DNA from: an uncultured Verrucomicrobiota bacterium
GTDB lineage: Bacteria > Verrucomicrobiota > Verrucomicrobiia > Limisphaerales > UBA9464
Length of the DNA stretch: 64,000 bases
Direction of reading: 5' to 3'
Assembly: GCA_903916195.1 (NCBI GenBank)
Contig: CAIWVP010000141.1
Coordinates: 27,620 to 91,619, forward strand
Positions 28,705 through 37,738 of this stretch are shown here, one piece after another. The position numbers and the translations under genes are program-made. Each line of letters begins with the position of its first letter. The stretch's first letter is position 1. Under the pieces are notes generated by a model that had not been told where the DNA came from, searched no databases, and worked only from the letters and a program-made list of their open reading frames with translations.

Positions 28705-29116
28705 GATGGGATTCATCCGTGCGCGTCCTTCGCGGATGGATCAGGGCGCGGGTGGAACCGCGACCTCCCGGGACACGGTTGCACGGGCGGCCTCTCGGCC
28801 GGGAGGGCGGCGGTTCCACCCGCGCCCCATATTCTCCTCCGCCGCACGGGTCGGGGGTTCCAAGGCGTGATGCGCGGTGAGGGGTTCATCCGTGCGCGTT
28901 CTTCGCGAATGGATCAGGGCGCGGGTGGAACCGCGCCCTCCCGGGGAACGGTGGCACGGGCGGCCTCTCGGCCGGGAGGGCTGCGGGTCCACCCGCGCCC
29001 CCATATTCTTCTCCGCCGCACGGGTCGGGGGTTCCAAGGCGTGATGCGCGCCGAGGGGTTCATCCGTGTGGGTTCTTCGCGAATCGATTTCGGCGCGGGT
29101 GGAACCGCCCCCTCCC
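28705..29116. repeat. Tandem array (about 173-bp unit, about 2.3 copies) of REP-like inverted-repeat doublets (BIME-like)
   Basis: TTCATCCGTG recurs at 28712, 28885 and 29059; each full unit has GGGCGCGGGTGGAACCGC..CTCCCGG ... CCGGGAGGG....TCCACCCGCGCCC. Confidence 0.9.
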
Positions 29117-29373
29117 CGGCCACGCCGGCAGGGGCGGCCACTAGCTGCCGTGCAAAGACTTGGCGGGGCCGTATGACGGGCTTGCCAGCGGTGGATGTTG
29201 CGGTTGCAGTGAGAGAAACAGTGGCGATGCCTTCGCGTTCAACCCACAGCACCGGTGACTGTGCGCCCCATGTCGCGCCCTCTTCCATGGCCGCTTCCCC
29301 AGCGGTCCCTTCGCGGTCGGCATCCGACGCCCTCGGGGTCCGGTCCGGGGAGCGGGGTGGTAGGAGGAGCTCG

Positions 29374-29682
29374 ATGACCGCGACGAGACTAGGGCGCCAC
29401 ATCGCGGTCGGCCTGATCGCCGCAGGTCCCGGGGGAGGATTCCTGTTCGGGCTTCTCAACGCAGGGGATCCTGACCCCAATCCAATCGGGCGGATGGTCT
29501 ATGCGTGCTTGATGGCGGTGCGGGCTCCGTTGCACGGCGGATTCCCGCCCCATGACGGGGCCGGGGCCGGCCGGCCGGTCAATGTCTGGGCGCACATGTT
29601 CATCGCGTTCCTGCTGTTGATCAGCGGGCTCGTTCTCCGTGACCGGAGGAGATCCTCACGGCGGAACGAACCGACGGCCTGA
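29374..29682 (+). CDS. Hypothetical membrane protein
   Basis: AGGAGG SD upstream of ATG; hydrophobic segments and a basic tail. Confidence 0.55.
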   Translation: MTATRLGRHIAVGLIAAGPGGGFLFGLLNAGDPDPNPIGRMVYACLMAVRAPLHGGFPPHDGAGAGRPVNVWAHMFIAFLLLISGLVLRDRRRSSRRNEPTA

Positions 29683-29761
29683 CCGTGCGTTGCTGCGGCT
29701 GGTGACGAAATGGGGCGATTCTTGGGGGGGTGGCCGACTGGGTGGCCTGCTCCAAAGCGAA

Positions 29762-29790
29762 GGGGGTCCCGTCTTGCGACAGAACCCCCC
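29762..29790 (-). terminator. Hairpin terminator downstream of tRNA-Arg(ACG)
   Basis: Minus strand GGGGGTTCTGTC-GCAA-GACGGGACCCCC, 12-bp stem with G-U pairs and GNRA loop, then TTCGCTTT. Confidence 0.65.
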
Positions 29791-29797
29791 GAAAAGC

Positions 29798-29874
29798 TGG
29801 TGCACCCGTGAGGAGTCGAACCTCAAACCTGCTGATCCGTAGTCAGCTGCTCTATCCAATTGAGCTACGGATGC
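29798..29874 (-). tRNA. tRNA-Arg(ACG)
   Basis: GCATCCG/CGGGTGC acceptor, anticodon stem GCTGA/TCAGC with loop CTACGGA, GTTCGACTC T-loop, encoded CCA; 77 nt. Confidence 0.97.
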
Positions 29875-29886
29875 ACAACGCGGCGC

Positions 29887-29916
29887 AACTTAGGAACCCG
29901 GCGGGCTAGGGAGCAA
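29887..29916 (-). promoter_or_regulatory. Sigma70-like promoter of tRNA-Arg(ACG)
   Basis: Minus strand TTGCTC-N18-TAAGTT followed by a GC-rich discriminator-like stretch. Confidence 0.55.
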
Positions 29917-30059
29917 GCCGTTTCTTGGAAATGGTACGGATTCATCGCTGGGCGGTCCCCGTGGAAACCGAAAGACAGCAGGTGGATGCCCCGGCCTTCG
30001 CTTCTTTCGCTGCCCTCGCCGTCATCGTTCCAGGGCTTTTCTGAGGTTTTCCGGACGGT

Positions 30060-31334
30060 TCAGACGATGAGCAGGCGTTCCAGCCCCGCCGCCGATCTCC
30101 GTGGGCTGACGAGGGCGAGGGTCATCCGTTCGGGCCGGAAGAAATCGCGGGCGGCCGACCGGACCTCGGAGGGTTTCACCGCGAGCAGCTTGGCTTTGGT
30201 CTCGGTGAGCGGGACCAGCCTACCGAAGCCGAGCCATTGCTCGCCCAGGATCATCATGTGGTTCTCGGTGCCTTCGAGGTTCAGCTCCGCTTGGCCGAGG
30301 ACATAGTCGCGGGCGCGGTCGAGTTCCGCCCGGCCCGGCGCGACGTCCCGCAGCCGGTGGAGCTCGGCGACGACCAGCTTCAGGGTGCGCTCGATCTGGG
30401 CGGGGTCGAGGCCGGCCGAGACCACGATGTCACCGGCGTCGGCCCAGAGGCTCAGCGAGCTCTGGATGTTGTAGGTGAGCCCGTTCTCTTCGCGGACCTT
30501 CTGGAACAGCCGGGAGCTCATGTTCTCGCCGAGCAGCACGTTGAGCAGGCGCAGCGCGTACCGTCGCTCGTCGTGGCGCGAACCGGTGCGGAGGGCGAGG
30601 CTGAGGTTCGCCTGTTCGGTGCGGCGGCATGCGGAGATGATCCGCGGCGCGGTGGCCAGGGGCGGCGCGGGTTCGTGCGTCCGGCGATCACCGGTGCGGA
30701 AGGCTTTGGCTCGCTTGGAGACGAGCTTGACCAGTTCGTCGTGGTCCACGTCGCCGGCCGCGGCGATGACGGTGGCGCCGGTGACGTAGTGGGTCGCGAG
30801 GTATCCGACGAGATCCCCCCGGCCCATCGCGTCGAGGGTCTTGGTCGTGCCGATTACCGGGCGGCCGAGGGGATGTGCCGGGAACTGCGCCGCGTTCAGC
30901 AGGTCGTGCACGTGCTCGGCCGGTTGGTCGCGATACATCGCGAGCTCTTCCTTGATGACGTCGCGTTCCTTGTCGATCTCCGCCGGCGCGAAGGCGGAGC
31001 CGAGGAACATATCGAGCAGCACGTCGAGCAGCTCCGGCATGCGTGATGCCTGCGCGCGGCTGTAGAAGCAGGTGTGCTCCTCGTCGGTGAAGGCGTTCAG
31101 GTAGCCGCCGATGCCCTCCACCGCCTGCGAGATCTGCGCCGCGGTGCGGCGGCCCGTGCCCTTGAAGAGCAGGTGCTCGATGAAGTGGGAGATGCCGTTG
31201 AGCGGTGCGGGCTCGTGGCGTCCGCCCGCCCCCACCCAGATGCCGAGCGAGACGCTGGCCATGTGCGGGAGGGCGGCGGTGAGGACGGTCAGGCCGTTGG
31301 GCAGTCGGGTCGATCGGTACACGGTGGGGATCAC
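30060..31334 (-). CDS. M16 family (pitrilysin/processing peptidase-like) Zn metallopeptidase
   Basis: GISHFIEHLLFKGT (HxxEH), LNAFT, SSRLFQ.VRE..GL.Y. Confidence 0.95.
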   Translation of the reverse strand: MIPTVYRSTRLPNGLTVLTAALPHMASVSLGIWVGAGGRHEPAPLNGISHFIEHLLFKGTGRRTAAQISQAVEGIGGYLNAFTDEEHTCFYSRAQASRMPELLDVLLDMFLGSAFAPAEIDKERDVIKEELAMYRDQPAEHVHDLLNAAQFPAHPLGRPVIGTTKTLDAMGRGDLVGYLATHYVTGATVIAAAGDVDHDELVKLVSKRAKAFRTGDRRTHEPAPPLATAPRIISACRRTEQANLSLALRTGSRHDERRYALRLLNVLLGENMSSRLFQKVREENGLTYNIQSSLSLWADAGDIVVSAGLDPAQIERTLKLVVAELHRLRDVAPGRAELDRARDYVLGQAELNLEGTENHMMILGEQWLGFGRLVPLTETKAKLLAVKPSEVRSAARDFFRPERMTLALVSPRRSAAGLERLLIV

Positions 31335-31419
31335 AGGGCAGGGATGGGGATGGGGCCCGGTCGGTGCGTCCGCCTGAAGGGAGGTCCAGGAGTCGCGGCG
31401 AGCCGGTCGGGCCGGCGGT

Positions 31420-32103
31420 TCAGCGGAAGGCCGATGGCACTTGTTCGGGGACGCCGACGGTCCGGCGGTAATCGACGATCCATTTCACCGCCTCGGCCGG
31501 ATCATCGGTGACGCGGAGCAGGTCGAGGTCGCCGGGCGAGATCAGGCCGGCCGGCTCGAGCGTGGACGCGATCCAGTCGAACATGCCGCGCCAATGGTTC
31601 TTGCCGAAGAGGATGATGGGGAACGCGGGGAGACGCTGCGTCTGCACCAGGGTCACGACCTCGAACAGCTCGTCCAGCGTGCCGAAGCCGCCGGGCATGT
31701 AGACGAATCCCATGCTGTACTTCACCAGGCAGACCTTGCGCGTGAAGAAGTAGTGGAAGTTGATGGAGATGTCGGCGTGGCGGTTGCCCTTCTGCTCGAA
31801 GGGCAGCTCGATGTTGAGGCCCACGCTGGGGACCTTCTTCGGCTTGGCGCCGCCGCGGTTGGCCGCCTCCATGATGCCCGGGCCGCCGCCGGTCACGATC
31901 GAGATGCCCTCCTTGGCCAGGCCTTCGCCGATGGCGACGGCGGCCTTGTAGTAGACATCCTCGGGCTTGGTGCGGGCCGAACCGAAGATGGTCACCGCCG
32001 GTCCGAGCCTCGACAGGGTGTCGAACGATTCGACGAACTCCGCCATGATCTTGAAGACGCGCCATGGGTCCTCGGACATGCGCGACGCTTGTGTTTCAGG
32101 CAT
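31420..32103 (-). CDS. LOG family (TIGR00730) Rossmann-fold nucleotide-binding protein
   Basis: VTIFGSAR, TGGGPGIMEAANRG, FFTRK, PGGFGTLDE. Confidence 0.93.
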   Translation of the reverse strand: MPETQASRMSEDPWRVFKIMAEFVESFDTLSRLGPAVTIFGSARTKPEDVYYKAAVAIGEGLAKEGISIVTGGGPGIMEAANRGGAKPKKVPSVGLNIELPFEQKGNRHADISINFHYFFTRKVCLVKYSMGFVYMPGGFGTLDELFEVVTLVQTQRLPAFPIILFGKNHWRGMFDWIASTLEPAGLISPGDLDLLRVTDDPAEAVKWIVDYRRTVGVPEQVPSAFR

Positions 32104-32328
32104 GGCGCAAGGTCGGGCAACGATCCCCGCGGCGCAACCCCGGCGCGCGCCGGGGATCGGGAAACGGTCGGAAGTGGCGGATAGAATCTGCTGGATCGTG
32201 CTCGGCTGTTTCGCTGGGCCGGACTTGGCTGGGCGCGAGGAGTTCCTTGGGCGCTGGGCAGGAGACAGCGTCTGCGGGTCACCGACCTGCGGTGCAACGG
32301 AGTGCCATCGGCTCTGTGGAACAGATAG

Positions 32329-32390
32329 ATCTGGAAAGCAGGAAAGCAGGAACGGAGCCGGCAAAGCTCCGGTCTTCCTGCTTTCCAGAT
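32329..32390. repeat. 16-bp inverted repeat built from 8-nt GGAAAGCA units
   Basis: ATCTGGAAAGCAGGAA(AGCAGGAA) ... TTCCTGCTTTCCAGAT with an inner CGGAGC/GCTCCG hairpin. Confidence 0.7.
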
Positions 32391-32555
32391 TCTCTCTCCG
32401 GCCCGTGTTTTCATCAGAGCAAGCGCGAGCCTGCCCGGCTGCCTTGTCCGCCGCATCTGATCGCACTTGCGGGTGCTTCGCTGCTTGTGCGGGCCGGAGA
32501 TCGTGAGGATCGTCGGACGGTCCGGCTGCCCTCCGCGTCCGCACAGATCCAAACG

Positions 32556-32945
32556 ATGCAAACCCTCTCCCTTTACGAGCGGCTCGGCGGACGTCCGGCG
32601 CTGGATGCGCTGGTGGCGGCGTTCTACGGCGACGCGCAGCATGATCCGGTGCTCGGTCCGGTGTTCGCCGCGCACGTGCACGACTGGACGTCGCATCTCG
32701 CCACCGTCGCCGATTTCTGGAGCACCCAGACCGGCGGTCCGCCGCTCTACCGCGGGGGCATGGGCCGGCACATCCGTCTCGGGCTCCGGCCGGAGCATTT
32801 CTCCAGTTGGCTCGCGCTGTGGGAGAAGACGGTGCGCCGCCTCTTCGCCGCGGATCTGGCCGACGAGCTGATGGTCATCGCGCGCTTCATCGCGGGACGG
32901 CTCGAAGGGATGGCCGCGGGAGTGCCGGCGTTGCGCGTCGGATGA
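32556..32945 (+). CDS. Group III truncated hemoglobin
   Basis: LYERLGG, LV..FY, DPVLGPVF, DW..HL..VADFWS, H..L.L.PEHF..WL.LW. Confidence 0.88.
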   Translation: MQTLSLYERLGGRPALDALVAAFYGDAQHDPVLGPVFAAHVHDWTSHLATVADFWSTQTGGPPLYRGGMGRHIRLGLRPEHFSSWLALWEKTVRRLFAADLADELMVIARFIAGRLEGMAAGVPALRVG

Positions 32946-32997
32946 CGCGGGATCGAAAAGGTTGAAGGGCGCTGCCGCCGGGCGAAGAGTCGCCGCG

Positions 32998-34338
32998 ATG
33001 AGACCGGCCCGCTTCCTCGCTCTCCTGATCGGCATCGTTTCCGTCTCCGCCTTGGACGCCGCTCCGCCGGATCCGTCCGCCGCTCTGGTCAAGGCCAAGG
33101 TCGAAGCGGAGTATCCTTCGCTCTTCGGCATCTACACCCATCTGCACGCGCATCCGGAGCTCTCCTTCATGGAGGTGAAGACCGCGGCGCTCGTCGCCGG
33201 CGAGCTGCGGGCGCTCGGGTTCACGGTCACGGAGAAGGTCGGCAACACCGGCGTCGTCGGCGTGCTCACCAACGGGACCGGCCCGACGGTGCTCGTCCGT
33301 GCGGACATGGACGGCCTGCCGATCAAGGAGAACTCCGGTGTCGCCTACGCGAGCACCGATATCGTGAAGGACCTGTCCGGCAAGGAGCAGCCGGCCATGC
33401 ACGGGTGCGCGCACGACACGCATGTGACCGGCCTGATCGGCACGGCGCGCACGTTGGCGTCGATGAAGGACCGGTGGAGCGGCACGTTGGTGCTCGTGGC
33501 CCAGCCTGCGGAGGAGATCGTCGCGGGCGCGCGGGCGATGTTCGCGGACGGGCTGTACACCCGGTTCCCGAAGCCCGATCTCGCGGTCGCGTTGCACACC
33601 ACGTCGCTCTTGGCGGCCGGGAACATCGGCTATGGCGAAGGGCCGCGCTACGCGAGCGTCTCCTCGATGGACATCCTCGTCCGCGGCTTCGGCGGGCACG
33701 GGTCCGCACCGCACACGACCAAGGACCCGGTCGTGCTCGCCTCGCAGATCGTGCTGGCGCTCCAGACCATCGTGAGCCGCGAGATCAAGCCCGGCGTCCC
33801 GGCGGTGGTCACGGTCGGGTCCATCCACGGCGGGCTGAAGCGCAACATCATCTCGGACGAGGTGAAGCTGGAGCTGACGTTGCGCGCGTTCGACGAGAAG
33901 GTCATGGCGCACCTGGTCGCGTCGATCCGCCGGATATGCGACGGCCTCGCGCGGTCGGCGGGGCTGCCGGACGACCGGATGCCGGTCGTGACGCTCACGC
34001 CGGAATCGATCGATGTGACCCGCAACGATCCTGTCCTTTCCCGCCGGCTCGCGGCGCGGTTCGGCGAGTGGTTCGGCGACGAGAAGGCGCGGCCGGTGGA
34101 CCCGGTGATGGGCGGCGAAGATTTCTCCGAGTTCAGCCGGCAGGGCGTCCCGATCTGCATCTGGTGGGTCGGGGCGACGGATCCGGCGCGCATCGCCGAG
34201 AGCGAGCGCACGGGCGTGCCGGTCCCGTCCAACCACTCCGCCACGTTCGCTCCGGTCCCGGAGCCGACCATCAAGGCGTGCGTCACCTCGATGACCGCGG
34301 CGGTGCTCGAGCTCATGGGTGGGCGAGTGAGCCGGTGA
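32998..34338 (+). CDS. M20 family amidohydrolase with signal peptide
   Basis: LHAHPELSF.E, RADMDGLP, MHGCAHD.H, QPAEE, GGHGSAPH, MGGEDF, NHS. Confidence 0.93.
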   Translation: MRPARFLALLIGIVSVSALDAAPPDPSAALVKAKVEAEYPSLFGIYTHLHAHPELSFMEVKTAALVAGELRALGFTVTEKVGNTGVVGVLTNGTGPTVLVRADMDGLPIKENSGVAYASTDIVKDLSGKEQPAMHGCAHDTHVTGLIGTARTLASMKDRWSGTLVLVAQPAEEIVAGARAMFADGLYTRFPKPDLAVALHTTSLLAAGNIGYGEGPRYASVSSMDILVRGFGGHGSAPHTTKDPVVLASQIVLALQTIVSREIKPGVPAVVTVGSIHGGLKRNIISDEVKLELTLRAFDEKVMAHLVASIRRICDGLARSAGLPDDRMPVVTLTPESIDVTRNDPVLSRRLAARFGEWFGDEKARPVDPVMGGEDFSEFSRQGVPICIWWVGATDPARIAESERTGVPVPSNHSATFAPVPEPTIKACVTSMTAAVLELMGGRVSR

Positions 34339-34455
34339 GCCGGCGAGTGGGTGAGTGGGTGAGTGGGTGAGTGGGTGGGGGAAGCGGCGGGTCCGCCGAC
34401 TCTGGCCTACTGGCTCACCGGCTCACTGGCCTACTGGCTCACTGGCTCACTGGCT
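34327..34455. repeat. Inverted octamer tandem arrays
   Basis: (GTGAGCCG/GTGAGTGG) x6 at 34327-34374 facing (CTGGCTCA/CTGGCCTA) x6 at 34402-34449 around a CGGCGG-GT-CCGCCG core. Confidence 0.85.
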
Positions 34456-34581
34456 TTCTCTTCCAATGGCAGATCTCTTCGTGTCGGCTTACACCGAGGA
34501 GGTGGGCCCGCTGCGAGTCCGCCCTCCCTCTCTCCCGTTTTCCCCGTGGCCACCGGCCGGGGCGCGCTGTTCACTTCGGGC

Positions 34582-36519
34582 GTGAACTCCTTCCGACGAC
34601 AGGTCGCTCTCTTCGCGGGCCTCATCCCGATGTTGTCCGGGATCTTCGCGGTGGTCGCGGCGGATGCCACCGGACCGAGACAGGGCGCGGCGTTGCTGAA
34701 GACCGATGTGATGGGCGTGTTCGCGCATCCGGACGACGAGACCGGGGCCGCGGCCTTGCTCGCCACCTACGCGTTGGGCAAGGGGGCGGCGGTCGCCAAC
34801 GTCTACTGCACGCGTGGCGAAGGCGGCGGCAACATGGTGGGCACGCAGGCCGGGCCGGCGTTGGGGATCCTGCGCGAGGCGGAACTGCGGGACTGCCTCG
34901 CCAAGCTGGGCGTGCGCCACTGCTACTTCCTCGGCCAGGCCGATTTTGCCTACACCGAGAGCCTGTCGGTCACGCTGGAGAAGTGGGGCCACGAGCAGAC
35001 GCTGCGCAGCCTGGTGCGGCTCTTCCGCGCGCTGCGGCCGGAAGTCATCGTCACGATGAACCCCGCGCCGACCGCGGGGCAGCACGGCAACCATCAGGCC
35101 GCGGGCCTGCTGGCGATCGAGGCGTTCGACCTCGCGGCGGATGCGAAGACCTTCCCGGAGCAGATCGCGGACGAAGGGCTCCGGCCTTGGCAGCCGCGGA
35201 AGCTCTATTTCGGCGGCCCGGCCGGGACCGGCGCGACCATCGCCGTGGACCGGCCGCTGCCCGACGGCCGCACGCCGGCGCAGGTCGCGGGCGAGGCGTT
35301 GTCCCACCACCGGTCGCAGGCGTTCGGGAACTTCGGCAACTCGCCGTGGCTCCGCCGTCCGCAGAACCTGGCGCTGGTGAAGAGCGTCGTCCCCTTCGCG
35401 ACCGACGAGACCGATCTCATGCGCGGCCTGCCTGTCGCGGACCCGACGCCGGCGCGCATGCCCGCGCCGGGCGACGGCGTGGCCGAGAGCGGGTTCCAGC
35501 TGGCCTTCGTGCCGCGCCCCGCGGTCGAGCGCTACCGCCGATGGGTGAAGGAACAGCGGATCGAGCACGCGGCATCGGAGTTCGCGGCGGACGTGCCGGT
35601 CGTGGCCGGTGAGGTGAACGACGTGTTCCTCCGCACCTTCAATCCGACCGCCGACGGCGCGAACGCGGTGGTGGACTTCACGCCGCCGCCGGGCTGGAAG
35701 CTCAACTTCGAGCAGGTGAACGTGCGCTTCTCCCCGGCCGTCGAGAACCGCATGCGCGTGCTGGTCACGCCGCCGGAGGGCTTCCCCGCCGATGCCGAGC
35801 TGACCGCGACGACGACCATCGCGGGGACCGTCCTGAAGACCACGACGCGGCTGCATCCGGTGCCGTCGCTGCGCGTCCGGCACGTCGCCGGGGCGCTCAC
35901 GGTCGGCACCGATGACGCGGCTGCGGCGTGGGTCGCGCTGCCGGTCCACGCCATCCCGCACACGCGGACGTGGCAGGGGACGGTCACAGATGCGGCGGAT
36001 TGCAGCGGCGGGTTCCGCATCGCGCACGACGGCGCGACGCTCTTCGTCGAGGTGCGCGTGCACGACGACGTGGTGGTGGGCAACATCGCGCCGGACGACA
36101 TCAAGGGCCACTGGCGCAGCGATTCCGTGGAACTGTGCATCGACCCGCAGGTCGGGGCGGAGCACACGCTCGGCTGCTACAAGCTCGGCATCTTCCCGTT
36201 CGATTCCACCGGCAAGGTCCGCGCCGCGCGCGACGCGGACGCAAACGCCGGTCCGGTCGAGGTGACCGCCCCGGGGACGAAGCTCGCCTCGTGGCGGACG
36301 GCGGACGGCTATGCCATCCGCGTCTCGGTGCCGTTCTCGGAGCTCGGACTCAAGCCGTCGAAGGAAGCGGCCCGCTTCGGGCTGAACGTGCTCATCTACG
36401 ACGGCGACAAGGCCGGGGCCGCGCCGGGCGAGAACATCAACAAGTCGCGTCTTGCGTGGGCTCCGCGGTCGGGCGTGCAGGGAAGGCCCGAGGACTGGGG
36501 CCGGGCGGACCTCGAATAG
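34582..36519 (+). CDS. Secreted PIG-L family deacetylase with C-terminal CBM9-like domain
   Basis: Signal peptide, AHPDDE, TRGEGG.N, LR.AE, HG.H, H.SQ; C-terminal V.V.DD, DSVEL.ID, GLNVLIYD. Confidence 0.85.
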   Translation: MNSFRRQVALFAGLIPMLSGIFAVVAADATGPRQGAALLKTDVMGVFAHPDDETGAAALLATYALGKGAAVANVYCTRGEGGGNMVGTQAGPALGILREAELRDCLAKLGVRHCYFLGQADFAYTESLSVTLEKWGHEQTLRSLVRLFRALRPEVIVTMNPAPTAGQHGNHQAAGLLAIEAFDLAADAKTFPEQIADEGLRPWQPRKLYFGGPAGTGATIAVDRPLPDGRTPAQVAGEALSHHRSQAFGNFGNSPWLRRPQNLALVKSVVPFATDETDLMRGLPVADPTPARMPAPGDGVAESGFQLAFVPRPAVERYRRWVKEQRIEHAASEFAADVPVVAGEVNDVFLRTFNPTADGANAVVDFTPPPGWKLNFEQVNVRFSPAVENRMRVLVTPPEGFPADAELTATTTIAGTVLKTTTRLHPVPSLRVRHVAGALTVGTDDAAAAWVALPVHAIPHTRTWQGTVTDAADCSGGFRIAHDGATLFVEVRVHDDVVVGNIAPDDIKGHWRSDSVELCIDPQVGAEHTLGCYKLGIFPFDSTGKVRAARDADANAGPVEVTAPGTKLASWRTADGYAIRVSVPFSELGLKPSKEAARFGLNVLIYDGDKAGAAPGENINKSRLAWAPRSGVQGRPEDWGRADLE

Positions 36520-36553
36520 CGCGGGCGCCGCGCCGGTGGCCGCCGCGGCCGGG

Positions 36554-37626
36554 TCAACCGCCGATGCAGCTCATCGTGCGCGCCGGCTGGACGAAATCGG
36601 CCTGCCGATGCGATGGCCGGCTTCTTTGTGGGCGACGAGCCCGACGAGCTCGGCCGCGATGTCGTCGTCGGTGGCGTCGCCGCGGAGGAGGGGCTTGAGG
36701 TCGTGTTCCTCGACGCTGAAGAGGCAGGTGCGGAGCTTGCCGTCGGCGGTGAGCCGGAGCCGGTTGCAGTGGCCGCAGAACGGTTCGGTGACCGGCGCGA
36801 TGATGCCGACCTCGCCGCGTCCGTCGGCGAAGGCCCAGCGGCGCGCGGTCTCGGCGGGATTGCCGGACTGGTCCACCGGCACGAGGTCGAAGCGCGCGCG
36901 GAGCCGTCCGAGGATCTCGCGTCCGGAGACCACCATCTCCTTCTGCCAAGCGTGCCCGGAATCGAGCGGCATGAACTCGATGAAGCGGAGGCTGAGGTCG
37001 TGTTCCCGGGCGAACGCCGCGAGCGCTTCGATCTCGTGGTCGTTGAGGCCGCGGATCACGACGGCGTTGACCTTCACCGGGGAGAACCCGAGTTGCTTGG
37101 CCTGGGCGATGCCGGCGAGGACCTCGGCGAGGCCTTCGCGGCCGGTCATCTTCTTGAAGTTCACCGGATCCAGCGAATCCATGCTGAAGCTGACGCGCCG
37201 GAGCCCGGCGGCGCGCAGCGCCTCGGCGTGCCTGGCGAAGAGGAAGCCGTTGGTCGTCATCGCGAGGTCGCGGATGCCGGCGATGGCGGCGAGCTTGACG
37301 AGGAGTTCCGGGACGCCGTGGCGGAGCAGCGGTTCGCCGCCGGTGACGCGGACCTTCTCGACGCCGAGGCCGGCGGCGATGCGCACGAGGCGCTCGATCT
37401 CCTCGTAGGTGAGCAGATGCTCCTTGGGCTTCCACTCGTAGCGGATGGGCGTGAGCGCGACTGGTTTCGGGTTGCGGAGCGCATCGAACTTGGCGCGATA
37501 GAAACGCGCGGCCTCCTCCGTCTCGGGCAGGCAGTAGAGGCAGCGGAAATTGCAGCGGTCGGTGATGCTGACCCGGAGGTCCTTCATCACGCGGCCGTGG
37601 GAATCGCGCAACCCGGCGGCGGTCAT
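36554..37626 (-). CDS. moaA: GTP 3',8-cyclase MoaA with apparent 1-nt frameshift near the 3' end
   Basis: LRVSITDRCNFRCLYC, VTGGEPLLR, RFIEFMP, FCGHCNRLRLTADGKLRTCL; canonical tail QADFVQPARTMSCIGG lies in an adjacent frame ending at 36554 (unshifted ORF ends 36571). Confidence 0.93.
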
Positions 37627-37738
37627 ATCGGGGCCAAGCTACCGCAGCCCCTCCGGACGGCGGACACCGAACCGACGGCGTGCGCGGGCGGAGGGCAGGG
37701 GGGAGGGCAGGGCGGTGCCGGTTGGTGGGCGGGGGGCG

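Noticed and set aside
28705..29116. Possible CRISPR array
   Set aside because: 173-bp units with conserved rather than unique spacers; no cas genes in the window.
29140..29330. Short minus-strand ORFs in the lower-GC stretch after the tandem repeat
   Set aside because: No recognisable motif or consistent coding signal; possibly a foreign fragment but unsupported.
28594..29373. N-terminal part of the 362-aa ORF with internal peptide repeats
   Set aside because: It is the translation of the palindromic tandem repeat; only the part from ATG 29374 with an SD looks coding.
19722..29874. Integrative element bounded by the two tRNA-Arg genes
   Set aside because: Different tRNA sequences, core genes such as ftsK lie between them, no integrase, and no duplicated tRNA 3' end seen by eye.
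36590..36615. Programmed ribosomal frameshift in moaA
   Set aside because: No slippery X_XXY_YYZ sequence; a single-base indel is the simpler explanation.
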